Below are positions 41,451 through 55,154 of a stretch of 64,000 bases of DNA, piece after piece. The stretch covers positions 8,556,001-8,620,000 of the forward strand of contig OZ024742.1 of the NCBI GenBank assembly GCA_964016885.1. Reading direction: 5' to 3'. The translations under genes and the position numbers were made by a program. Every line of letters begins with the position of its first letter. Within the stretch, counting starts at the first letter, position 1. A model generated the notes under the pieces. It searched no databases. It was given only the letters and a program-made list of their open reading frames with translations, and had not been told where the DNA came from. This DNA is from Eledone cirrhosa (taxonomy: Eukaryota).

Positions 41451-44400
41451 CTACAGGCTGAGGTAGAGAGAAGGCCCATTCACACGGGCCATTCTCGCAA
41501 CTTTCACCCACCTTTCATAAAACTGGCTGGAATGGAGCACCTCTCGCTCCATCTCGATCCTTCTTCCGAAATGGTATCGGAAGAAAAGGACCAGTTGTTG
41601 GCCGGAAAGAAAGGTGTGCGACCTCAGCCCTTTCAGACACGTCCACCATATAACCTCTTTTACCATGGCTATTACACGGAGGAAGACCGCCTCTCCTTCA
41701 TTTTTGAAGGGGGGGAGGCAGCTTGATCGTTACAATGGATTCGGTGGTCAACCTAATTGGCCCCACCCGTGACAGAAGTTGTTCCACATAGCCCCACAGG
41801 TCGGCAACGCCCGGGCAGTGCACCAATGCGTGCGCGACGGTTTCCTCGTCGCGCACGCATCTGGGACAGATCTTTTTCGAGGGGTCCCTACCCGGGCGCC
41901 CGTGTCTGTAGAGCTTATCCCGAACGGGCAGAGCCCCTCGGCAGCACTGCCAGGCCAAGGACTTCTGGAAGTTGTCCATAGGTCCCGGGCCGAAAGTCCT
42001 ACCGAATAGACTGGCCAGTTCGTCCTCCTCCATGCCTAGGGTTTCTCTGAGGGCGTCGTCGAACCTGCTAACCACCAGCCCTCTATAGAATGAGGAGGTG
42101 GAGTCTCCATCGATAGCCGGGTCCGCCTGCCAGAGAGCCGTGAGCGCCTGGGCACACTCGGTGTGCCAGTCGCCCAGTTTTCTCGGTCTTTGCTTCAACC
42201 AGGACTGCAGCTCGGTGAGCGAGACGAGCCTCGGGAAGGCTCGCCTCACAAACGGGGCCCACACCGGTTGACCGGTGAGGAATACCTGGAGGTGTCTTAG
42301 CCTCAATGCGTGTTTACGCATTTTTAGCCACGGCATCCCCAGCCCTCCTTTCAAAGGGTGTTGACAGCAGATGAATCTCCTCACCAGAGGAGACCTCTTC
42401 TTCCAAATGAAATAAAAGTGGGCGAGCTCCATTTTGGCGAGGATCTCACCCGGGCAAGGCACGACAGTCAAGCGGTAATAGATGACGGACGCTATGTAAA
42501 CATTCTCCACCTCCGCCCGACTTTTCAGGGATAGTTTGCACTCGGCCCACTTCTGGGTCAGTGCAAACATCCTATTCGTCACCTCACCCCAGTTTTTCTC
42601 CACCTGGAGGTCCGGTCCGAACCAGACCTCAAGCAACTTCACCGGGCCCTCCGTCCACCGTCCGACGATACCGACGGACGACATCGCTTTGCCCCTCCTC
42701 TCGCCGAGTTGCAAAGCGACTGACTTGTCCCGGTTCAGCTTAGCCCCTGTCAACCTTTCGTACTCCTCCAGTAAGGTGCCGATTGCCTCGATTTCCGCGG
42801 TGGTCGACACCATTACTGTTACGTCATCGGCGTAGGCCGACACCGCTTTGCGCAATCCCAGTTCCAAAGGGATGCCCTGAAACAACTCCAACTTCCGCAG
42901 TAGTGGCTCGAGAGCCAATACATACAGAAGGGAAGAGAGAGGGCACCCTTGTCGGATGGAGCGGGTGATTTCGAACGGTTCCGAGTGGTAGCCGTTCACC
43001 TTGACTCTAGAGCAGATGCGGCTGCTGTGCATGGCAGTGATCCAGCCCCTGAAAACGGGTCCGAACCCAGCCGCCGCTCGCACTGCATCCAGGTAACCAT
43101 GGTCCACCCTATCGAACGCTTTAGACGGATCTAAATTTATCAGGGCCCCACCAAAGCCGGGTTCGTTCCCAACCCTCTCTATGATGTATCGCATGAGGTG
43201 GAGGTTGTCGTGGATGGACCTGGACGGGATAGCGCATGTCTGCGCATCTCCCACCAGGCCCCCCACGACAAGCGCCAACCTCTTCACTAACACCTTGGCC
43301 AAAATCTTTAACTCTGCATTTAGCAGAGTTATGGGCCTAAAGTTACTAATGTCATCCCCCTTGTTATCGTCCTTCCTCACTAGCGAGACTACGCCCTTGG
43401 TCACAGAACAGGGAATTCTCCCGTTCTGTTGCCAGTTGCAGTAGACCGCCTCGAGGAGATCGGGGAACAAGTCCGGCATATTAATATATAGTTCGTAGGG
43501 CAGACCATCGAGCCCTGGAGATTTGCGTTTGCCGCATAGGCTCAGCACGTCCCCTATTTCAGCAGCTGAGATCGGCCCGTCGCAGGACCTCGCCTCCTCG
43601 TCCGAAAGACGCGGCAGGCCGTCGAGGTATGCACCGGAATCCACATCTCCAACCGGCCCCCCGCCCCTCCCGAACAATCGGGCAAAGTGCCTTTGAAAGG
43701 CATCGCACATTTGCTTAGGTTCAAGGATCACCCGTCCATCCTGGTCTCGTAAAGGCGGATAGTGGATTTAATCCCACTTTTCGCTTCTGTCACGCGGGCC
43801 CAGCTAACAGCTTTGGTCCCCTCGTTTCCCAGAGCACGTATTTTGCTTCGGACAACGCAGCCTTCGTGTTTCGCGTCGAAGAACTGGTCCAAGGCCGTTC
43901 TCGACGCTTGCACTCTGGCCACGTTGCCGCTTCTCATTGCCTCTTCAACATTAACTACCAACTCCCTTTCTTTCCTATTTCTATCTCAGGCTAACTCCTT
44001 ACTAACTCCTATTGAAACTACTCTAATCTCTCTTTTTAGAGAGCCCCACCACCTGCTGTTGACGACGGCGCCCGTCAACCGCTCCTTAACTAAGGTTCTA
44101 ATCCGGTCCCTGTAAGCTCTACTTGCCGGTAAGGACAAGTTGAGCTTCCAATAACCGGGTCCCTGTCTATGCGTTCTATCAAGGTGGACTACGCAGGTCA
44201 CTAACTTGTGGTCTGAATAGCCCAACATGAGCATTTCTGTACAACTTAAAAAGTCCCTATCCTTAATTCTAACTAAGAACCTATCTAGGTACGATCTAGA
44301 TTGACCACTGTTATTTGACCAAGTCCAGGTTGGCACAGTCGGAAAATCTAGTCGGTATCTATCGGCCGATTAACCCCTTGAGGCTGTTACACCCCCCTCT

Positions 44401-44872
44401 TCGCGACATGCCCCTACATAGTCCCAACGTGTATCTAGGATACCATTCCAGTCCCCCACTAAAAGCAAGGAGCGGGACGTCCCTAGAAAAGTCTCCAGAC
44501 GATGGAAGAAGTCCGACCGCATTGCCCCAAAAGGGGCGTATACGGCGACAAGCCTAAAAGCTTCGCCTTCACCATTGCCAAGGTCCAGAACCACGAGTCG
44601 ACCCTCCGGGACCAAGTGTACCGTCTGTGTAGCGAGACCCAGATGTTTTTGCAGCAGAACGACAACCCCACCCCATCTCCGGGCTGACAGAGAGATGCGT
44701 GCATCTCAAAGTCATCAAAGGTGGGGGCTAGCTGTCGCACGCTGCTGATCCGGGCCTCGCAAATAACCATCACATTTATACATTGTGACCTGAGGTCATT
44801 TAGAAGTATAGCTTGCTTCCAAGGTGAGCCCAGGCCACGCGCATTTAGACAACCTACTCTTAACACAGCCAT
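41451..44872 (-). pseudogene. Tx1-type ORF2 (APE endonuclease, RT, Cys/His domain), broken into ~6 pieces
   Basis: Motifs LNARGL, AVYAP, GDWN, SYLDRF, SDH, GPGYWKLN, SPGLDGLP, QGCPLS, YADD and CPRC..ETVAHALVHC are spread over ORFs 44483-44872, 44370-44615, 43986-44336, 43728-43961, 41698-43731 and 41451-41666. Confidence 0.92.
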
Positions 44873-44895
44873 GTTGGTGGCAAAGAAAGAGGCAC

Positions 44896-46658
44896 TTACC
44901 TCTCTGCGTCCCGGGATCCGAGCTGCTCAGTTTCCATGGGGCTGGTGGCGGGGTTGTTGGGTGGGGTGATGGTTTGTGGTGGTGTGGGGGTATTAGTGTG
45001 TGGAGGGGTTGGGGTGTTTGGAGTTGTGTGGGTGTTTGAGGAGGGGAGGGGAAAACCTTTCAGGAGGACGCGGTTGAGTGGCCTGGTGCAGGGTGGTCCC
45101 ACGTCCTCAGGGTAAATGTTTTTCAAAGTTTTGAAAATGTCAAGTGGGACTTTCACCATTTTCAGGTTAGGGAGTCCCATTGCCGTTGCAAAATTCGGCC
45201 CTTCGGTTTGTACCGAAGGGTTGTTTTCTATTTTGTCTGTTAGGTTTTTATTGTTTTTGTTTATGTATGTGTAGAGTTTTTGTGTTGTTGTGTTTGTTTT
45301 TGCTTGTTCTTGAGTGAGTTTGCGTTTTGTTGTCTGAGTTGTGTTGTCAGGTGGGGTTATTTTTGTTTGTGTGGTGTGTGTACGTTTTTTTCTTTTCACT
45401 TTTTGGAAGGGAGCCCCCTCGTCTTCCGACGATATGAGTTCCTCTTCCGTATTGGAAGGGAGGGGTATATTTCCGGGTTGTGTATGAACTGCGTGTGTTT
45501 TTGTATTTGTGTTGTGTGGGGAGGGGCTGGGTGGGACCGTGTTTTGGGTTGTTTTCTTGAGCTGTAGTTGATGTTGTTGTTGTGGATGTGTGGTGGAGGT
45601 GGTGTTATTGGTTTTTGTTGTCGTTGTGGTGGTGATGGTAGTGTATTTTGTTGTTTTTGTGGTGGTGGTGCTGGTTGTTTTTGTTGTTGTTGTGGTGTTT
45701 GTAGCAGTGGTTTTTTTGTTGTTAGTAGAGGGCAGGCTGTCCTCAGGTGACCTCTGCCAGCGCAGTGGTAACATGAGGGTCTCCTGCTTTCCACCGTAAT
45801 ATTGATGAAGGTTCGCCCATCCAGTAGGACTCGGTCGGGTATTCCGGCGATTCTCTCAGGTGTCATCTGTAAGAGAACCTCCAGACTTTTTCCCCCGAAC
45901 AGGCCACTGGTGGACTCCCCTGCTGATATATGGATGTCCTTTTCTAGGTCCGTAAATCCTGTCAGGACGGACCAGATGTTACCTTCTGGCGTTGGACTCC
46001 ACATTCTTAGTCTCTGAGTTCTTCTTCCTTTATACGTGGGGAAGAAGGTGTATTGTGGTGACACTATAGGTGCCACCGAGCATTTTTGAGCCAGCATTTC
46101 GCTCTTCATTCGGACCATAATGCTGGCATACAGCTTTCCTCTTTCAATAAAGAGTATGTTTTCTTTAATGTCTTTCAAAACCAGCTCAATTTGACTTTCT
46201 GTCAATTGAGCTGGCTTTCTTGTTGTGTTGGATATCGTCCTGAGGGTTATGGTATTCCTATATACCTGTTGGCGAACTTCTTCTGGGGAGTTGATCGTAA
46301 AAGAACCATCCTCCCCAAAATATATGTATTTTCTGGCATTTAGCAAGTTCTGCTTAACGTTTGTGATGTCTATTGGCTTGTACTTGATAGCTTTCCTGAC
46401 CGTTTGGGCAAAAGAAATGTTGTTGTCTTTGTTGCTTGTTGTTGCAATGTTGTTGGTTTCATCTTTTGTGGTGTTTATTTTCTTGTTATTTTTTTCCTCA
46501 AAATTTATGTTTTCATTCGAATTAATATTCTTTTTTTCATTCGAGAGGAGGGGCTGTTCAACACTTTGAATTGTTGTTCCCTCTTTCTCGCTTTTTTTGG
46601 TAGGCGTGGCGTTAGCTTCCAATATGGTTTCCTCGTTTTCAACGATATCGATGAACAT
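44896..46658 (-). pseudogene. Tx1-type ORF1 (gag-like), apparently frameshifted
   Basis: CX2CX4HX4C knuckle CYHCAGRGHLRTAC in 45396-46658. The probable C-terminal part lies in another frame (44896-45774) and ends 23 bp before ORF2. Confidence 0.8.
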
Positions 46659-46833
46659 TTTAAATTAAATATATTTTCACCCCAAAAGGGTTGAAAATAT
46701 ATTTACCCTACGTCTACAGTCCCAGACTAGGGGTTAGAGTCAATAATAAAAAACAATTTAAATAATACACTCACAAATAATCCAAGTAAAAATTCCAAAT
46801 CGAAGAGCCGATGTGCAAGACGTCTACTATCAA

Positions 46834-46868
<35 letters not shown>

Positions 46869-47337
46869 GAGACAGACAGGCAGACAGAGAGACAGAGAGA
46901 CAGACACGGAGACAGAGAGACAGACAGTGAGAGACAGAGTGACAGACAGACAGAGAGACAGAGAGAGAGACAGAGAGAGAGAGAGACAAACAGACAGACA
47001 GACAGACAGAGAGACAGAGAGACAGAGAGACAGAGAGACAGAGAGACAGAGAGACAGACAGGCAGACAGAGAGACAGAGAGACAGACACGGAGACAGAGA
47101 GACAGACAGTGAGAGACAGAGTGACAGACAGACAGAGAGACAGAGAGAGAGACAGAGAGAGAGAGAGACAAACAGACAGACAGACAGACAGAGAGACAGA
47201 GAGACAGAGAGACAGAGAGACAGAGAGACAGACAGGCAGACAGAGAGACAGAGAGACAGACACGGAGACAGAGAGACAGACAGTGAGAGACAGAGTGACA
47301 GACAGACAGAGAGACAGAGAGAGAGACAGAGAGAGAG

Positions 47338-47368
<31 letters not shown>

Positions 47369-47520
47369 GAGACAGACAGACAGAGAGAGACAGAGAGACA
47401 GAGAGACAGAGAGACAGACACGGAGACAGAGAGACAGACAGACAGATAGACAGAGAGACAGAGAGAGAGACAGAGAGACAGAGAGACAGAGAGACAGAGA
47501 GAGAGATAGAGGACAGAGAC
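46834..47520. repeat. GACA/GAGA compound microsatellite with ~180-190-bp higher-order duplication
   Basis: The marker GACACGGAGAC recurs at ~46903, 47084, 47258 and 47416. Confidence 0.92.
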
Positions 47521-47734
47521 TTCGTAGGCTAGAAATAACGTATACATGATTAAATATGTAAAATAATATTAGTTACTGGTTAAAATTGTTTTGCTTTCTA
47601 TTTCTGTTACGTTTTTCTCATAAATAACTATTACCAGTTACTACACTTCCTATATTAACAGTAACTCAATAATTGGTTAGATTGGATTTTCTATATCTCC
47701 TGTTGGTGGCGCTGTTGTCTATTGTAATATCTGA

Positions 47735-48440
47735 ACCAGTTAACGTATTACTGAGATTTCTCTAATATCTGAAGTCAACTTATTAATGAGTGTTCACTAA
47801 CAAGCAGACTTATTTAAGGTATTACTAAGATTTTACTAACAACCAGAACTAGTTAACGTATTACTAAATATTCACTAACATGCAGACGTAGTTAAAATAT
47901 TACCGAGATTTCACTAACAAACACAAAGTTAACTTATTATTGAGTATTCACTAACAACCAGAAGTAGTTAAAGTATTACTGAGTATTCACTAACAAGCAG
48001 ACATAGTTAACTTATTACTGAGTATTCACTAACAAACAGACGTAGTTAACTTATTACTGAGTATTCACTAACAACCAGTAGTAGCTAACTTATTACTGAG
48101 TATTCACTAACAATCAGACGTAGTTAACTTATTACTAAGTATTCACTAACAACCAGAAGTTTTTGAAGTATTATTGATTATTCACTAACAATCAGACGTA
48201 GTTAACTTATTACTAAGTATTCACTAACAATTAGACGTAGTTAACTTATTACTGAGTATTCATTAACAACCAGAAGTAGTTGAAGTACTATTGAGTATTC
48301 ACTAACAACCAGTAGTAGCTAACTTATTACTGAGTATTCACTAACAACCAGACACAGTTAACTTATTACTGAGTATTAACTAGCAACCAGAAGTATTTAA
48401 AGTATTGCTGAGTATTAACTAGCAAACAGACGTAGTTGAA
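47735..48440. repeat. Diverged 39-bp minisatellite, ~18 copies
   Basis: Consensus GTAGTTAACTTATTACTGAGTATTCACTAACAACCAGAA. Confidence 0.9.
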
Positions 48441-48587
48441 GTGGAGTTATATAATAAGTAATAATAACTAAAATTGATCAAGTAATCAGTTTCTCTGTGA
48501 GACATGAGACAAGAATACACTAACAGATATTACTTTAAACAATGTAAACAAGTATTAATCGATATGTGTTCGATAAATAACAGCAGA

Positions 48588-48709
48588 ACCATCCTTCCAT
48601 ACAATGTCACCATAAACAGTACCACCCCGCCATATACATTACTACCAGCCTTCCTTCCATACAATGTCACCATAAACAGCACCACCCCGCCATATACACT
48701 ACTAGCAGC
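48588..48709. repeat. 60-bp tandem duplication
   Basis: TCCTTCCATACAATGTCACCATAAACAGYACCACCCCGCCATATACA occurs twice, 60 bp apart. Confidence 0.9.
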
Positions 48710-48894
48710 TTGAGAGAGAACTAATCTATTTAACTCGAAGTTAGAATACACTAATCGATTCTACTAAAGAATGGAAACTGACTAATCGATGTAACGATAG
48801 CAAACTGACTGAAAGAAGAAAAAACAACCAAATTTCCTACAAGAATTTAACTAAACTAGTCTGGAATAAATTGTGTGTGTTTGGGTGGTTGTAT

Positions 48895-49610
48895 ATGTGT
48901 GTACATGTGTGTGTACATGTGTGTGTACCTGTGTGTGGACATGTGTGTGGACATGTGTGTGGACATGTGTGTACATGTGTGTGTACCTGTGTGTGGACAT
49001 GTGTGGACATGTGTGTGTACCTGTGTGTGGACATGTGTGTGGACATGTGTGTGTACATGTGTGTGTACCTGTGTGTGGACATGTGTGGACATGTGTGTGG
49101 ACATGCGTGTGGACATGTGTGGACATGTGTGTGGACATGTGTGGACATGTGTGTGGACATATGTGTGGACATGTGTGTGGACATGTGTGTGGACATATGT
49201 GTGTACATGTGTGTGTACATGTGTGTGTACCTGTGTGTGGACATGTGTGTGGACATGTGTGTGGACATGTGTGTACATGTGTGTGTACCTGTGTGTGGAC
49301 ATGTGTGGACATGTGTGTGTACCTGTGTGTGGACATGTGTGTGGACATGTGTGTGTACATGTGTGTGTACCTGTGTGTGGACATGTGTGGACATGTGTGT
49401 GGACATATGTGTGGACATGTGTGTGTACATGTGTGTGTACCTGTGTGTGGACATGTGTGGACATGTGTGTGGACATATGTGTGGACATGTGTGTGAACAT
49501 GTGTGGACATGTGTGTGTACCTGTGTGTGGACATGTGTGGACATGTGTGGACATGTGTGTGGACATGTGTGTGGACATGTGTGTGGACATGCGTGTGGAC
49601 ATGTGTGTAT
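48895..49610. repeat. GGACAT(GT)n 10-12-bp minisatellite
   Basis: Direct reading of the sequence. Confidence 0.95.
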
Positions 49611-49804
49611 TTCAGTGTGTGTATGTGTGTGTATGTGGGTGTGTGTTTCAGTGTGTATGTGTGTGTGCGTTTAAGTGTGTGCGTTCATGTTTGTACCTTA
49701 GTTAGTGTGCATATGTTTGTTTAAGTGTACGTATGTTTGTATGTATGTGTGTATGTGTGTGTTTAAATGTGTTTGCATGTGTGCCTCAGCGTGTGCATAT
49801 GTGT

Positions 49805-51580
49805 GTTTAAGAGTGTGTGCATGTGCGTGTTTGAGTGTGTGTGTGCATGTGCGTGTTTAAGTGTTGTGTATGTCCGTGTTTAAGTGTGTGTGTGTATGTC
49901 CGTGTTTGAGTGTGTGTGTGTGTATGTCCGTGTTTGAGTGTGTGTGTGTATGTCCGTGTTTGAGTGTGTGTGTGTGTATGTCCGTGTTTGAGTGTGTGTG
50001 TGTATGTCCGTGTTTGAGTATGTGTGTATGTCCGTGTTTGAGTGTGTGTGTATGTCCGTGTTTGAGTGTGTGTGTATGTCCGTGTCTGAGTGTGTGTGTG
50101 TATGTCCGTGTTTGAGTATGTGTGTGTATGTTCCTGTTTGAGTGTGTGTGTATGTCCGTGTCTGAGTGTGTGTATGTCCGTGTTTGAGTGTGTGTGTGTA
50201 TGTCCGCGTTTGAGTGTGTGTGTATGTCTGTGTTTGAGTGTGCGTGTGTATGTCCGCGTTTGAGTGTGTGTGTATGTCTGTGTTTGAGTGTGCGTGTGTA
50301 TGTCCGTGTTTGAGTGTGTGTGTATGTCTGTGTTTGAGTGTGCGTGTGTATGTCCGCGTTTGAGTGTGTGTGTGTATGTCCCTGTTTGAGTGTGTGTGTG
50401 TATGTCCGTGTTTGAGTGTGTGTGTATGTCCGTGTTTGAGTGTGTGTGTATGTCCGTGTCTGAGTGTGTGTGTGTATGTCCGTGTTTGAGTGTGTGTGTG
50501 TATGTCCCTGTTTGAGTGTGTGTGTGTATGTCCGTGTTTGAGTGTGTGTGTATGTCCGTGTTTGAGTGTGTGTGTATGTCCGTGTCTGAGTGTGTGTGTG
50601 TATGTCCGTGTTTGAGTATGTGTGTGTATGTCCCTGTTTGAGTGTGTGTGTATGTCCATGTTTGAGTGTGTGTGTATGTCCGTGTCTGAGTGTGTGTGTG
50701 TATGTCCGTGTTTGAGTGTGTGTGTGTATGTCCGCGTTTGAGTGTGTGTGTGCATGTCCCTGTTTGAGTGTGCGTGTGTATGTCCGTGTTTGAGTGTGTG
50801 TGTGTATGTCCCTGTTTGAGTGTGCGTGTGTATGTCCGTGTTTGAGTGTGTGTGTGTATGTCCGTGTTTGAGTGTGTGTGTGTATGTCCCTGTTTGAGTG
50901 TGTGTGTGTGTATGTCCCTGTTTGAGTGTGTGTGTTTATGTCCCTGTTTGAGTGTGCGTGTGTATGTCCGTGTCTGAGTATGTGTGTGTATGTCCCTGTT
51001 TGAGTGTGTGTGTGTATGTCCCTGTTTGAGTGTGCGTGTGTATGTCCGCGTTTGAGTGTGTGTGTATGTCTGTGTTTGTGTGTGTGTATGTATGTCCGTG
51101 TTTGTGTGTGTGTATGTATGTCCGTGTTTGAGTGTGTGTGTGTATGTATGTGTTTGAGTGTGCGTGTGTATGTCCGTGTCTGAGTGTGTGTGTGTATGTC
51201 CGTGTTTGAGTGTGCGTGTGTATGTCCGTGTTTGAGTGTACGTGTGTATGTCCGTGTTTGAATGTGTGTGTATGTCCGTGTTTGAGTGTGTGTGTGTATA
51301 TCCGTGTTTGAGGGTGTGTGTATGTCGGTGTTTGAGTATGTGTGTGTATGTCCGTGTTTGAGTGTGCGTTTGTATGTCCGTGTTTGAGTGTGTGTGTGTA
51401 TGTCCGTGTTTGAGTGTACGTGTGTATGTCCGTGTTTGAGTGTGTGTATGTCCGTGTTTCAGTGTGTGTGTGTGTGTGTATGTCCGTGTTTGAGTGTGTG
51501 TATGTGTATGTCCGTGTTTGAGTGTGTGTGTGTATGTCCGTTTTTTAGTGTGTGTGTGTATGTCCGTGTTTGAGTATGTG
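49805..51580. repeat. TATGTCCGTGTTTGAG(TG)n 22-26-bp minisatellite
   Basis: Direct reading of the sequence. Confidence 0.95.
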
Positions 51581-51835
51581 TGCCTGAGTGAGTTTATGTA
51601 TTTGTACGTTTTTAATGCAGGAATTAAAATGTTTGTGTACATATATGTATATGAGTGTTTGTATATATCTGTATGCGAATATGTTATTAATACTGGAATT
51701 AAAATATGCGTGTACACGTTTGAGTATGTGTATGCATTTATGAATGAGTTTTTGTGTGTTTCTGTAAGCAAGGTTCTTTGATCTTACGGCCAGTAAGTCT
51801 CTTAAGCAGTTTATAGTTAAGTCTTATATAATGCA

Positions 51836-51945
51836 AGTTTATACGGAAACTTGCCCAAGATAACAACTACAATTGCTCAAAGTTGATTACGTTTTACAGA
51901 ACATTGTTCGAGATGTATAAGCAGGAAGTTATACATAAGCTACTA
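51836..51945 (+). pseudogene. Short RTE-clade LINE C-terminal fragment
   Basis: Translates to LYGNLPKITTTIAQS*LRFTEHC. Homologous to 52260-52350. Confidence 0.65.
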
Positions 51946-52009
51946 TATATGTATATATAACATATAATATATTATTCCCAAACGAAATAAACTTACCAAT
52001 AGCGAAATA

Positions 52010-52193
52010 ATTGTTTCTACTTTAGGCACAAGGCCAGCAATTACCCAGTTCATTACGGGTACTTTATTTTATCGACCCCGTAAGGATGAAAGGCAAAGTC
52101 AACCTCAGCGGGATTTGAACTCAGATCATAAAGGGACGTAACTATGCTGGAAAGCATGGCGTCCGACCATCTACCGATACTGCCAATCCACCA
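52010..52193 (-). mobile_element. tRNA-derived SINE, second family (resembles octopus OK-type SINEs)
   Basis: Minus-strand B box GAGTTCAAATCCC, then GAGGTTGACTTTGCCTTTCATCCTT..GGGGTCGATAAAATAAAGTACC. Confidence 0.8.
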
Positions 52194-52227
52194 GCGAAAT
52201 AATACAATACAATAATACAATATATAG

Positions 52228-52530
52228 TTAAACTGGTGTCAACGTATGACAAATAAAAGTGTTTATGGAAACTTGCCCAAGATAACAACTACGATAGCTG
52301 AAAGACGACAAGGATTTGCTGGAGAAGTAAGCAGCGGCGTTATACACAAGTTGTTATTGTGGGAACCAACTGATGGGTGACACAATAGAGGAAGACTTGC
52401 TTGAACCTTCATCAATCAACTCTCAGGTAATACAAACCTCAGTAAGGAGCAGTTGCCAGGAGTGATGGAAAATAGTGAATTGTGGAGAGACTTTGTCAGG
52501 AATGTTACAGTGTAGTCACATGATGGTTGA
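52228..52530 (+). pseudogene. Decayed 3' end of an RTE-clade LINE
   Basis: Translates to MTNKSVYGNLPKITTTIAERRQGFAG..VIHKLLLWEPTDG*HNRGRLA*TFINQLSGNTNL..LPGVMENSELWRDFV, which fits the RTE C-terminal pattern (FAGH..W.P..R.RGRP..DR..WR). Confidence 0.75.
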
Positions 52531-52964
52531 TGCCTTACATGTTCTTTATATTTATAGTGAGGTCTGATATATCCTACATGTATCTGGCTTATAGTGAAGA
52601 CTGATATATCATACATGTATCTGGTTTATAGTGAAGACTTATATATCCCACATGTTTATAATGAGGTATTATATATTATACAGTACATGTTTATTATAGT
52701 GAAGTCTTATATATCCTAAATATACCGTATCAGGTTGGTATTGTAAGTTAGCCTCCTACGGATGCTGTGTAAAAATAGTAGGAGGAAAAGAGAAGCAAAG
52801 AAATAATGGTTATCGTGATGATGATGGTGGTGGTGGTAGGAAGGAGGAAAAGACGGCGGTTATCATGGTAAAAGTACGGTCTAAGGTATACAGTCCAATC
52901 TAAGACTTCCTCCTGGATAGGACGCTAGTCAATAGTAGGCTTAAACTCGCCAGCTATTGCTGGT

Positions 52965-53085
52965 ACTAATCTTTAGCTGAGTAAACTGGAGCAACGTGAA
53001 ATAAAGTGTTTTGCTCAAGAACACAACACACAACCAAGTTCAGGAGTCGAACTCACAACATTATGATCGTAAGTCCAACAACCAA
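52965..53085 (-). mobile_element. SINE fragment, same family as 29440-29704
   Basis: AGCTGAGTAAACTGGAGCAACGTGAAATAAAGTGTTTTGCTCAAG is nearly identical to 29570-29615. Confidence 0.85.
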
Positions 53086-54559
53086 AATGTTCATATATAT
53101 TTAATACTACACAGTAGAAATAAAGAAATACAATTCAGTGTTTCTTTCCAATATCACGGCGACAGTAGTGTGTAATTTGATGGAATATTTCGATGCTATT
53201 TCTAGCAGGTCAAACCTCAGTGGAGATGATCTTGTTGGATCATTTTCCCATTGTAATATTGCTGTCTTCTAATTCTGGTAGACATTTGACGACTTTATAT
53301 TTCAATAACAAACTTAACAACTCCATAACAACACTATTCTACTTCATGCCTGCATTAGGAGTTTTAACTTTCTCTAGCTTTTTTTTGTCTATTAAAAAAT
53401 ATTTCTTTAAAATGCATTTTCATCCTGATTTTCATTTCGCTTTATTTTGTCTAATATTTTTATTTTTCATTTGAAGTAACATTTTGTTTCTCTTTTTTAA
53501 AAAGCCATAAACCTGATTAAGATAAAATAAATATGTAAAAGAAGTATTCATTACTTCATTATCGTAATTGAAAATCTAATCCAACTTTACCCAGCACTTC
53601 TATCTGACACTCTAGTCAATCTTGTCTTACTCACCCTCACCCATCCATTTCTTAAGCCTAAACTTAATATGAATCCAATATATAACCTAGTACTAATCCT
53701 AGCCCAAACCATAACTCAAATCCCACTGCTCGCCTACTCTAAATTACATTCAGAAAAAATTAAATTAAAAAAATAGGCAAACATGATAGGCGAATAATCG
53801 ATATATTTACAAGAAAGCTAAAGTAAACTATATAGTTTCTTGTCAAAAAATATAACTACATCTCCATTGGTTTCGACTCTTAGTCTTCCAATTGTTCAAC
53901 CAATGGAATGATCCACTCATTGAATTAACTTGTAAGTGTCTGAGCGTAGCACAGACACGTGTACTCATAAGGGAGAGTTAACATTAAAGTTTATAAGGCT
54001 AGTCTTTTGAATTACATGTAGAATCTAAAGAGTTTACGTCTCTCCAATATTACCTACAATACTGGAAATTAGTCTACGGAAATCAAAAGAACACCACCAT
54101 GGGGGTATTATTGATTATAGGTAGATAATCGATACAGAAGAATCTGTTGCTAAAATTCCAATTGATCCTCAGGATACCTCTCCCGCATTATTTACTTCAG
54201 ATTTTGACCTACAATCTTTCAATCTAGGTATCTGGCACAGCAATCCTCTGCTGTGTTTAAAAAATACTGTTCCCTCCCCCTTAAACTAATTCATTTTTAA
54301 TCACATCCGATATAGTTATTCAGCAAAAGGTAAAAATGCTCATCCACATAATACAAAGAACGTATAAACTTCATATAGATAACATATTGTAGTAACGTAC
54401 CAGGAGAAGAATATACTTAATAATTGCAAGTGTTTTTACGAAGGTAAAAAACTCCTTCAGAATGACATGGTATTTGGACCTAGAAAGCTTCCCTTCCGAG
54501 GCACAAGTCTGGGAAAGTTACTTTTGTGGAAGATCAGCAATCACCCAAGTATACGAGTC

Positions 54560-54781
54560 TATTCTTCTCCACGGCACCGATGTTGTCCAAGGGAAGGGGA
54601 AATATCCATACAGCTTGACGCAAGAGACGTCGCAACTTATTTCTACAGCTGTGTGAACTGGAACAAAGTAAAATATAACGTGACTTGCTCAAGAACACAA
54701 CACACTGCCCGGTCAGGGAATCGAACACACAACCTCAGGATTGTGAATTCGACGCTATAACCACTAAGCTACGTGCCTTCA
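54560..54781 (-). mobile_element. tRNA-derived SINE, head related to 29440-29704
   Basis: Minus strand GAAGGCACGTAGCTTAGTGGTTATAGCG ... GTGTTCGATTCCC; also TTGCTCAAGAACACAACAC. Confidence 0.8.
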
Positions 54782-55072
54782 TGTTGTTCCTACTACTGAG
54801 GTTATTATCACCAACAAATAGGAATAAAACTACAAAAGATAAACGCTGCTACCGCCGTATAAAGGACAGGCTTGTGTGAATATACAGTATAGATACACTA
54901 GCTAATCGATATCTCTACACAAAGCTAATACAAAGTAATTGATATAACATCCATGCCAAGATAAACTGATCGATGTAGCTATGTTATCAATCATGTTATC
55001 TTTTCACAGAAGCCTCTCTGCTACGTCTATAGGTGAGTGGCTATATGTGCGGTATATATGAGTAGGAGTGCG

Positions 55073-55105
<33 letters not shown>

Positions 55106-55154
55106 ACGTAGAAAGATTATGTAATTATTCTTCACTATAATTAATTTTAATTAA

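Larger units (their letters stand above)
41224..46833 (-). mobile_element. Near full-length (~5.6 kb) decayed L1/Tx1-type LINE
   Basis: Contains a 5' UTR, a zinc-knuckle ORF1, an APE-RT-Cys/His ORF2 and a 3' UTR with AATAAA. Both ends abut GACA/GAGA microsatellite. Confidence 0.93.

Noticed and set aside
54120-54290. Possible host-gene exon (IIDTEESVAKIPIDPQDTSP..)
   Set aside because: It is a short open frame with a weak acceptor context and no recognisable homology.
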